64,000 bases of DNA. It comes from Polyangiales bacterium (GTDB taxonomy: Bacteria > Myxococcota_A > Polyangia > Polyangiales > Ga0077539). The position numbers and the translations under genes are program-made. Numbering within the stretch: the first letter of the stretch is position 1; each line of letters starts with the position of its first letter. Shown one piece after another: positions 49,244 through 56,652 of the stretch. Location: the NCBI GenBank assembly GCA_044229975.1, contig JBGARZ010000019.1:64001-128000 (forward strand), read 5' to 3'. The notes under the pieces were generated by a model, which did no database searches, had not been told where the DNA came from, and saw nothing but the letters and a program-made list of their open reading frames with translations.

Positions 49244-52200
49244 CTACTCCTGCCCGCGTCGCCGCCTGCGTCGCGTCGCGCCCATCGCCACCACCGCCAG
49301 CGTCATCCACAGCCCGCCGTTCGCTCCGTTGGGCGCCTGCGTCCTGCATCCGCAGCCGTCGCTTCCGCCCGGTGCCGTGCCGCCGTCCGCCACCGCGCCC
49401 GCGTCGTCCGTCGCGCCCGCGTCGTCGGTCGTGCCCGCGTCCGTCGTCCCGACATCCGTCGCGCCCGCGTCTGTCGTCCCGACGTCCGTCGTCGCCACGT
49501 CCGTCGCTGCGTCCACGGCCGCGTCCGTCGTGCCTGCGTCCGGGTCCTCCGACGGCCACATGAAAGTCCCCATCGCCGATCCCGTTCGGTCGGCCACGTC
49601 GCGCGCTTCGACCGTCACCGTCCACGCGCCCGGCGTGGTCACGGCCGCCCGCGCGTCCCAGGTGGTGTCGATCACCGCCACGGTGCCCGTGAGCGGCCCC
49701 GTCGTGCGGTACGCCTCCGTGCCCGAGGGCGACAGCACCCGCAGCGTGTAGCCGCGCAGGTCGGTCGCGTCGCGCGCCATCGCCGTGATCGCCACCTGCC
49801 GCGGCGAGAGCATCGGCACCGCGCGCACGTCCATCACCACGGGCGGGCTGCTGTCGACGATCTGCACCGGCGCCGTCAGCACGAGGTCCGCGCGCGCCGC
49901 GCCGGGCGCCTGGGCGCTGATCTCCACCACGTAGCGCAGGCCCGGCGTGAAGATGCCCGACGCGATCCAGGTGACCGTGGCCGCGCCCAACGCGTGCGTC
50001 ACCGGCGCCCACGGAACCACCGGCGAGCCGTTTACCGTCAGCACCCGCGCGCGGTACTCGCTGTTGCGCAGCGCCGACGGGTCGTCCCAGGCCGCGCCCA
50101 GCACCCGCACCGACTCCGAGGTCGTCACCGCCACGTCGGGCATCGGAATCGTCGCTACGCCGCCCGTCACCGACACCGCCACCACCCGCGGGTTGCGGAT
50201 CACCGGGTCTGTCGATGATCCCGCGAGCGCCGTGACGTAGCCGTCGCCGGTCGGAACCATCAACCCCAGCGACCCATCACCGTCGACGTCCGCCACGATG
50301 GGCGAGCCCACTGCCGTCTGGAAGTTGTACGAAAACTCCAGCGCCCCGGTCTCCGCCGCGAGCACGTAGAGGTACCCGTCGTCCGACCCCACGATGAACT
50401 CGTCGCGCAGGTCGCCGTCGATGTCCGCCGTCGCCGCGTCGCTCAACGCGCGACCGCCCGCGCAGTCTCCCGAGGACGTCCCCGTGACCGTGTCCGCCCG
50501 CCCGTTGCGCAAGCACCGCGCCCACCGCAGCGGGAGCGTCGCGTCGGTGCGCGTCGTCGGCTCCAGCGCGTAGAACACCCCGCTCGACGACCCGAAGCCG
50601 AAGCCCACCGGGTCGGTCGCGCCGTGTGCCGCGGGCATCGCGTACGAGGCCGCCGCGCCCGTCGCGACGAGCGTCCCTTCGGAGAACTCCGCGTGTGTCC
50701 ACGCCGCCACGCTGGTCGCCCGAGTCGCCGACGGGACCACGTTGTGCAGCGACGCACCCTGACCGCCGAAGAAGCCGATGCCCGAGAGCAGCGAGCGCGT
50801 GAGCGACAGGTCGAAGGTGCCAAACACCGGCCAGCCGTAGGCGATGCCGCGGGTGATGGTCGACCCTGGTGCCGTCACCGCGCGGTTGTCGCCCTGGTAG
50901 AGGAGCTGCGCCGCGCCCGCCGCGGTGCCGTCGCCCGTGCGCACGACGACGCCGGCGTTCATGGCGATGGCCACGTCGTCGCGGCCGTCGCCGTTGATGT
51001 CGGTGGTGGCGCCCGCGGCCGACCAGCAGCACGTCCCCTGTCCCGCCGTCTCCGGCGAGAACGAGTTGGCCCAGAGCAGCGGGTGGTTGCTGCCCGCCGC
51101 GCCGCGCCCGCTCACCACATTGAGAAACGACGACCCGCAGCAGGTGAGCTGCCCGTTGGAGAGCAGCCCGTCGAAGGAGACGGCGATGTCGGCGGTGCCG
51201 TCGCCGTTCACGTCACCGACGCTCGGGGGGTAGTGGTTGAAGCGGCCGTTGGGCGGCAGGGTGATCGGGTCGGAGCGCCACAGCTCCGTCGGGCCGAGCG
51301 CGTTGATGGCGGCAAAGTACGGGAGCGTACCAAGGTGATTGGCGACGATGACCCGCAGCGCCATGTCGTCGCCGCGCACCACGAGCGGGTACTGGGTCGT
51401 TCCGCCGAAGTAGCGCGCGGTCGCGGTGGGCGCGCGCACGAGGCTGGCGTCGTCGGTGGGCACCACGCTGAGGGCGCCGTCGCTCTCGGTGGTCACGAGG
51501 TCCATGCGCCGCGGGTTGGTGCCCGCGAGCTGGGCCGCCGCGATGCTCGCGATGAACCCGCCCGACGTCACCACGCCCATGTTGCCGATGGTGGTCGGGG
51601 GCGGTCCGAAGCGGAGGTTGAAGATCTTGAAGGTTCCGTCGCTGTCGCTCACCACGATGGCGTCGGGCGCCGTCAGTCGCGGCGCCGTGCGAGCGAGCCC
51701 GAGCGGTCGCGCCTGTCGTCCGCGCGCGAAGGAGTAGGTCGCCTGCGGGGCGCCCGTGACCGCGTCGACGAAGACCAGCCCGGTGGGTCGACCGACGGCC
51801 GTCGACGAGGGGTCGCCCTGGTAGAGCAGGAGCTGCCGACCCGTTCCCGATGGGATCAGCAGCGGGACGTTGGTGCGTGGCGTGAGGCCCGGCCGGTCGC
51901 GCTCGACGACGCCCGCGAGCCCGGCGTTGGGGACCTCCCAGAGCCGCGCGAGGGTTGTCCGCTCGGTGGCGCTGTCGAAGGTCACCCCGTAGGCCGAGAT
52001 GCTCGTCACCCGCGGCACGTCGTACTCGTTGCCCGCGCTCTGCGTGAGGATCTCGGGTCGCCCATCACCCGTCACGTCGACGGTGGCGAGCGCGACGCGG
52101 TCGGCGATCTCGGTGACGAGCACGCCGGTGATCGGGTTGTAGAGCGCCATGTGCCACCGCCTGACGCCCGCCGGGTCGTTGACGCCGTCGAGGTCGCTGC

Positions 52201-53356
52201 ACGTCGACGAAGGGAAGGCGCGCACCTCGCAGTCGTGCGAGTCGAAGACGTTGACCACGAGGTAGCCGGGCAGACCGTCGGCGGCGAGGTAGGGGCTCTC
52301 GGGGGAGGACACGTTGCGCGCATCCCCGACGCCCGCGGCGACACCACCAGCGCCGCGCGCGGCGTACACGACGCCCCACGAGCGGGAGGCGGTGGCGTCA
52401 GCGTCGACGAGGGCGAACTCACCGGGGCTCACCACGAAGGCCGCGTCGCGCGTGGCGCCGGGGAAGCGCACGGCCGCGGTGGCGAGCAGGCCCGTGATGA
52501 CCGGGGCGCCGTCGTGGGAGCCGTTGGGGAGGACGGTTCCGCGGAGGGCGGTGTCGTCGGCGCCAGAGTGGAGGCGGGTCGCGCCGGAGCCGATCTGTTG
52601 CACCGCGACGTCGAGGCGGGCGTCGCCGTTGTAGTCGCCGAGCCCGAGGTGCGGAAACCAGTGGGTGGACGGCGTCACGCCGACGGGGAAGCGCCAGGCG
52701 TCGACGGCGTCGGCGTAGGTTCCGGGGAAGGTGAAGGCGTGGACGATGGCCTCGCCACCGGACACGCGAAGCACGACGGCGGGGCGGCCGGCGGGGGTTC
52801 CGCTGCCGTCGGTGTTGAGGTCGGCGACGCGGGCGTTTTGCGCGTCGACGGACTGGCCGCGGTTGACGAGCTGCGCGGGGTCGTTGAAGTCCTCGCGCGA
52901 CCAGCGGACGGTGCCGTCGCGGCTGTCGACGAGGTAGACGCCCGCGGGCGGCCCCGAGCGCACCGCGACGATGACGGGGTACCCGAGTCCCGCGAGGTCG
53001 CGGAAGCCCACGATGGACGTGAGCCCGAGCGGAACGGAGTCCCACAGCACGCGGTCTTGCAGGTCGCGGGCGACGAGCTTGCCGCCGACGATGGCGACGA
53101 CCTCATCGACGCCATCGCCGTTGACGTCGGCCACCATGGCGGCCGCGGGCGCGACGTTGCCGCCGACGTAGTACGACCATCGCGTGCTGCGGGTGGCGTC
53201 GAGGCGGCCGGGGCCGGGCGCCCACCCGGTGCGCTGCGGGTCGCGGGCGCGCATGGGCCACGAGCCGGGGTCGGGGGTGGTGCCCTGGGCCGCGGCGGCG
53301 GTGGCGGCGAGCAGCGTGGCGAGGGCGAGCGCGACGTAGGACGGGCGACGGTTCAT
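49244..53356 (-). CDS. Large FG-GAP/VCBS beta-propeller surface protein with MYXO-CTERM-type sorting tail
   Basis: Many DxNGDGxxD/E motifs, a signal peptide and a TDxG linker. C-terminus GCGCR...LWMTLAVVAMGATRRRRRR. Start trimmed to ATG 53356. Confidence 0.88.
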   Translation of the reverse strand: MNRRPSYVALALATLLAATAAAAQGTTPDPGSWPMRARDPQRTGWAPGPGRLDATRSTRWSYYVGGNVAPAAAMVADVNGDGVDEVVAIVGGKLVARDLQDRVLWDSVPLGLTSIVGFRDLAGLGYPVIVAVRSGPPAGVYLVDSRDGTVRWSREDFNDPAQLVNRGQSVDAQNARVADLNTDGSGTPAGRPAVVLRVSGGEAIVHAFTFPGTYADAVDAWRFPVGVTPSTHWFPHLGLGDYNGDARLDVAVQQIGSGATRLHSGADDTALRGTVLPNGSHDGAPVITGLLATAAVRFPGATRDAAFVVSPGEFALVDADATASRSWGVVYAARGAGGVAAGVGDARNVSSPESPYLAADGLPGYLVVNVFDSHDCEVRAFPSSTCSDLDGVNDPAGVRRWHMALYNPITGVLVTEIADRVALATVDVTGDGRPEILTQSAGNEYDVPRVTSISAYGVTFDSATERTTLARLWEVPNAGLAGVVERDRPGLTPRTNVPLLIPSGTGRQLLLYQGDPSSTAVGRPTGLVFVDAVTGAPQATYSFARGRQARPLGLARTAPRLTAPDAIVVSDSDGTFKIFNLRFGPPPTTIGNMGVVTSGGFIASIAAAQLAGTNPRRMDLVTTESDGALSVVPTDDASLVRAPTATARYFGGTTQYPLVVRGDDMALRVIVANHLGTLPYFAAINALGPTELWRSDPITLPPNGRFNHYPPSVGDVNGDGTADIAVSFDGLLSNGQLTCCGSSFLNVVSGRGAAGSNHPLLWANSFSPETAGQGTCCWSAAGATTDINGDGRDDVAIAMNAGVVVRTGDGTAAGAAQLLYQGDNRAVTAPGSTITRGIAYGWPVFGTFDLSLTRSLLSGIGFFGGQGASLHNVVPSATRATSVAAWTHAEFSEGTLVATGAAASYAMPAAHGATDPVGFGFGSSSGVFYALEPTTRTDATLPLRWARCLRNGRADTVTGTSSGDCAGGRALSDAATADIDGDLRDEFIVGSDDGYLYVLAAETGALEFSYNFQTAVGSPIVADVDGDGSLGLMVPTGDGYVTALAGSSTDPVIRNPRVVAVSVTGGVATIPMPDVAVTTSESVRVLGAAWDDPSALRNSEYRARVLTVNGSPVVPWAPVTHALGAATVTWIASGIFTPGLRYVVEISAQAPGAARADLVLTAPVQIVDSSPPVVMDVRAVPMLSPRQVAITAMARDATDLRGYTLRVLSPSGTEAYRTTGPLTGTVAVIDTTWDARAAVTTPGAWTVTVEARDVADRTGSAMGTFMWPSEDPDAGTTDAAVDAATDVATTDVGTTDAGATDVGTTDAGTTDDAGATDDAGAVADGGTAPGGSDGCGCRTQAPNGANGGLWMTLAVVAMGATRRRRRRGQE

Positions 53357-53405
53357 GGCAGCGACGACAGAACACCACGCGCGCACGGCGGGCAACGGCC
53401 ATCGG

Positions 53406-54239
53406 TCAGGGCGTCGCGCCGGCCTGCTCCAGCTCCTCGGCGCCGTAGCCGGGTCCGCCCTCCTGACAGAGCGATCGCCCTTCGGCGTCGCAGCGGGTCG
53501 AGCGGTTGAGGCACGCTTCGAAGCACCCGGGGCCATGGTCGGTGCTGTCGCACGATCGGTAACATCGCAGGCACTCGGCCGCACAGCCGCCCTCGCGGTA
53601 GCGACGGATCAACCGCTGGCGGCACACCCGGTGTCGGGCGGCGCAGCCCGCGGTGAGGCAGTAGTCCCGGGCGTCGATGCAGGTCTGGAGACACCTCCCG
53701 CATCGGGTGGCACAGGCGTAGTGACACGCGGGCGTGGTGCAGGGCGCGCGGCACTCGGAGCACTCGGCGCGGCAGGTGGTGTCGCAGGTCTCGCAGGCGC
53801 CGCCGCAGGTGACGCGGCAGGGTGTCTCGACCTCGTCGAAGCACGGATCGACGGCGTGCGACTGCCGCGCGACCCAGGTGGCGCAGTGGAGGGGATCGCC
53901 GACCCCCGCCGCGTTGGGTGCCGGGGGTCGATAGCGACAGGTGGAGGCGAGGCGACGGATGGCGGCGTTGTCGGTCCAGGCAGTGGCCCAGTGACCGGGG
54001 ATCGGCCGTCGACGCATGTGCCAGCCAGGGGGCGCGTTGCCCTGCGGGATGGGCGGCAGACCGACCAGCATCGGGTGCGCCGGGCCCGTGTCGACGGGAG
54101 GGCGATCGACGGGGACGTCCATCGGCGGCGGCGGGACATCGATGACAGGGCGGGCGCGTGGCCCAGCGTCGGGAGGAGAGGGGATGGGGGCACACCCGAG
54201 GAGCGCGATGCTGACGATCCATCGGACGCGCGGGGTCAT
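53406..54239 (-). CDS. Cys-rich hypothetical lipoprotein
   Basis: Lipobox LLGC, Pro-rich linker, and Cx3C-periodic C-terminal half. Confidence 0.75.
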   Translation of the reverse strand: MTPRVRWIVSIALLGCAPIPSPPDAGPRARPVIDVPPPPMDVPVDRPPVDTGPAHPMLVGLPPIPQGNAPPGWHMRRRPIPGHWATAWTDNAAIRRLASTCRYRPPAPNAAGVGDPLHCATWVARQSHAVDPCFDEVETPCRVTCGGACETCDTTCRAECSECRAPCTTPACHYACATRCGRCLQTCIDARDYCLTAGCAARHRVCRQRLIRRYREGGCAAECLRCYRSCDSTDHGPGCFEACLNRSTRCDAEGRSLCQEGGPGYGAEELEQAGATP

Positions 54240-54247
54240 CGCCCCTA

Positions 54248-54281
54248 ACGCTACGCGATTCGCCGCGATGATTGTCAACGC
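54248..54281 (-). promoter_or_regulatory. Promoter copy 1: TTGACA-N19-TAGCGT
   Basis: Minus strand gcgTTGACAatcatcgcggcgaatcgcgTAGCGT, 8 nt before ATG 54239. 31/34 identical to 55355-55388. Confidence 0.65.
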
Positions 54282-54757
54282 AACGAAGCGCCGTCGAGCG
54301 TCTTCAGGAGTCGTTCGGGTGTGACGATGAGGGTGCGGTCCCGCCACGGGTCGCGCCCCGCCATGGCCAGGAGGAGCTTGTCCCGCGTGAGCAGCAGGTG
54401 CGCCCCGCCCTCCCACGCCAGCTCCAGAAACTTCTGGTCGTCGCGGTCCTTGCACCGCGGGAGTGCGGTCGCGGCGGCGGACGGTCCGTCGAGGCGCTCG
54501 GTGCGCGCGCGGTACTCGGAGGCGATCTCCGCGCGACGCGCAGGGGTGATGCCGAAGTCGGAGAAGGCGAGCACGCGGGTGAGCTCGTCGAGGCAGTCGT
54601 CGCGCGTGAGGAGGGCGGCGCGTCGTCGCTCCAACCAGGCCAGCAGTCCCAGCATCCGCGGGTGCCGGAAGTGCCAGAACGACAACACCACATGGGTGTC
54701 GAGCACCACGCGCAGGTCGACGTCGTCGGAGGGGAGAGCGAGGAGCGGGCTGCTCAC
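54275..54757 (-). CDS. PIN-domain protein (putative TA toxin, PIN_3-like)
   Basis: RVVLDTHVVLS, DELTRVL, CKDRDDQKFLELA and LLTRDKLLL. GTG 54757 overlaps the upstream TGA. Confidence 0.88.
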   Translation of the reverse strand: MSSPLLALPSDDVDLRVVLDTHVVLSFWHFRHPRMLGLLAWLERRRAALLTRDDCLDELTRVLAFSDFGITPARRAEIASEYRARTERLDGPSAAATALPRCKDRDDQKFLELAWEGGAHLLLTRDKLLLAMAGRDPWRDRTLIVTPERLLKTLDGASLR

Positions 54758-55347
54758 CGGCGGGTGTTGGCGTCGCAGGGCGCGCTCTCCGACGCGGGCA
54801 CGCGGCACGCCCCCACCTGCGTCGAGCAGCGGAACGTCGGGATGCGCGCACACCGCCCCGGCGCCGCCTCGTACGTGAACGACTCCACCGTCACCTCTCC
54901 ACCCTGCGGCGCGCACGGAAACGAGAGGTCATGGGACGCCTCGCACTGCTCGACGCTGCCCGCGGGGGGACACCACCGTTCGGGCGTGAAGAAGCAGAGC
55001 GGAGACGAGGGCGGCGCATAGAAGCCCGCGCGAACCCGCAGCCAGCCGGGGTGTTCGGGCGGCGAAGCGACCCCGGCGTCGGGGCAGTCGATGGAGAGGG
55101 CGGGCGGCGGGTTGCACATCACCCCGGGAGGACAACCGCCGACGGCCTGCCGGTAGTTGCAGCCACCAAGGGGCGACGCAAACACGGCCGACGGCGACAT
55201 GTTGGCTGGCGGCGGCGGCGGCGGTGGGGGCGTGGCTGCGTGATCGGTGGTCGGCGGATGGCGGGGCGGGTCGACGCTGCTGGTTCCGCGGCAGCCGACG
55301 AGGCCGCCGAGGGTGATGACGATGGAGGCCCGCAGTGGGTGCTTCAT
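54754..55347 (-). CDS. Pro/Cys-rich hypothetical lipoprotein
   Basis: MKHPLRASIVITLGGLVGC lipobox; CPPGVMCNPPP motif. Confidence 0.75.
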   Translation of the reverse strand: MKHPLRASIVITLGGLVGCRGTSSVDPPRHPPTTDHAATPPPPPPPPANMSPSAVFASPLGGCNYRQAVGGCPPGVMCNPPPALSIDCPDAGVASPPEHPGWLRVRAGFYAPPSSPLCFFTPERWCPPAGSVEQCEASHDLSFPCAPQGGEVTVESFTYEAAPGRCARIPTFRCSTQVGACRVPASESAPCDANTRR

Positions 55348-55354
55348 CCGACCG

Positions 55355-55388
55355 ACGCTACGCGATTCGCGTCGATGCTTGTCAACGC
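55355..55388 (-). promoter_or_regulatory. Promoter copy 2: TTGACA-N19-TAGCGT
   Basis: Minus strand gcgTTGACAagcatcgacgcgaatcgcgTAGCGT, 7 nt before ATG 55347. Confidence 0.65.
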
Positions 55389-55418
55389 GGCGGCCGTCGG
55401 GCTCTATCGCGCGCCCGT

Positions 55419-56633
55419 ATGGTCCGTCGCGCACCCGCCTCGATGCTTGTCCTCGCGCTGATGAGCTGTCGCGGCAGCGCCCGCCCCGACGCGGCGGTGG
55501 TCGCAGATGTGTTGCGGGTGGATGTTCAAACGGTGGACGCCGGGGTCGAGGCGGGCGTGGACGTTCCGGTCGTGGCGCCGCAGCGCCGCGTGGTGGTGAC
55601 GCTCACGGGTGATGTGATGCTGCACCGCGGGCTGCTGGAGAACTTCGACGACCACGCGCCCGAGACCGGCATGGCGTGGTCGCTCCACTGGCTGGCGTCG
55701 TTCATTGCGCCGCGCGAGGTGGCGCTCACGTGGCTGGACTCGCCGCTCACCGACGGGTTTCGTCCGCCGTTCGTGGGGGCTCCTCCGGCGCTGGGGGTTC
55801 CGCGGGCGCAGGCCCGGACCATCGCGCGCGACATGGCCCGCGTGGGCCTCGACGGGGTGTGCCTCGCGACGCACCACGCCTACGACCAGATGGGCGACGG
55901 GCTCGCGGAGACGGTGGCTGCGCTGCGCGGCGCCAACCTCGGCGTGGCGGGCGCGGGCGACTCGGAGGACGCCGCGTGGACACCGTGGGTGACCGAGCGC
56001 GAGGGCATCCGGGTGGCGTTTGTGTGCCTCACGCAGCGGGTGCTGATGGGGGCAGGGCGCAACGCGAGCCACACGGTGGTGGCGCAGTCGGCGGATGGTG
56101 CGCGGGCCCTGGCAGCGCTGGCCGCGGCGCGCACGCAGGCCGACGTGGTCGTAGCCGGCATCCAATGGAATCGAACGCCGTTTCGCGCGCTCGGAGAAGA
56201 CCAGCGGGCGTTGGCGCGGCAGCTCGTCGAAGCGGGCGCCGACGTGGTGGTCGGCACCGGGTCGGTGACGCAGGGGCGGGTCGAGCGGGTGACGTCGCCG
56301 CGGGGTGACGCGCTGATCGCGTGGTCGATGGGCTCGCTGCTCTCCAACTACGGGGCGCAGTGGCGGGGCTCGCAGGCGACGCCGCCGACCATCGAGCGGG
56401 TGCTGTGGGACCCGGCGACACGCGACGCGGCGCTGATGCGGGCGCAGTTCGAGGTGGGCGATGGGGGAAGGTTGTCGCTGGTGACGCTGACGGCCAACGC
56501 GCTGTGGATGCAGCACGGGGGCGACGGGGTGCGGGTGGTTCCGCTGCGGACGCTGGACGACGACGGGCTGCGGCGGCAACGGGCGGCGGCGGTGCGCGAG
56601 GCGCTGGGTCCGGCGGTGCGGGTGCGGGAGTAG
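55419..56633 (+). CDS. CapA-family lipoprotein with degenerate metal-binding motifs
   Basis: TGDVMLH, WLDSP, ATHHAYDQ, QWN, GTGSV and WSMGS align in order with the CapA motifs GD, NLE, ANNH, HWG, GHHPH and YSLGN. Confidence 0.75.
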   Translation: MVRRAPASMLVLALMSCRGSARPDAAVVADVLRVDVQTVDAGVEAGVDVPVVAPQRRVVVTLTGDVMLHRGLLENFDDHAPETGMAWSLHWLASFIAPREVALTWLDSPLTDGFRPPFVGAPPALGVPRAQARTIARDMARVGLDGVCLATHHAYDQMGDGLAETVAALRGANLGVAGAGDSEDAAWTPWVTEREGIRVAFVCLTQRVLMGAGRNASHTVVAQSADGARALAALAAARTQADVVVAGIQWNRTPFRALGEDQRALARQLVEAGADVVVGTGSVTQGRVERVTSPRGDALIAWSMGSLLSNYGAQWRGSQATPPTIERVLWDPATRDAALMRAQFEVGDGGRLSLVTLTANALWMQHGGDGVRVVPLRTLDDDGLRRQRAAAVREALGPAVRVRE

Positions 56634-56652
56634 GGCGCGAGTCGCCCCGCGC

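Noticed and set aside
50624..53509. Very long alternative ORFs (e.g. 961 aa here, also 1336-3384, 9355-11298, 42781-45186)
   Set aside because: These are antisense or shifted shadows of real genes in high-GC DNA, Arg/Ala/Gly-rich and without motifs.
53406..54239. Multiheme cytochrome or Cys-rich RiPP precursor
   Set aside because: No CxxCH motifs and no adjacent modifying enzyme; it fits a disulfide-rich lipoprotein.
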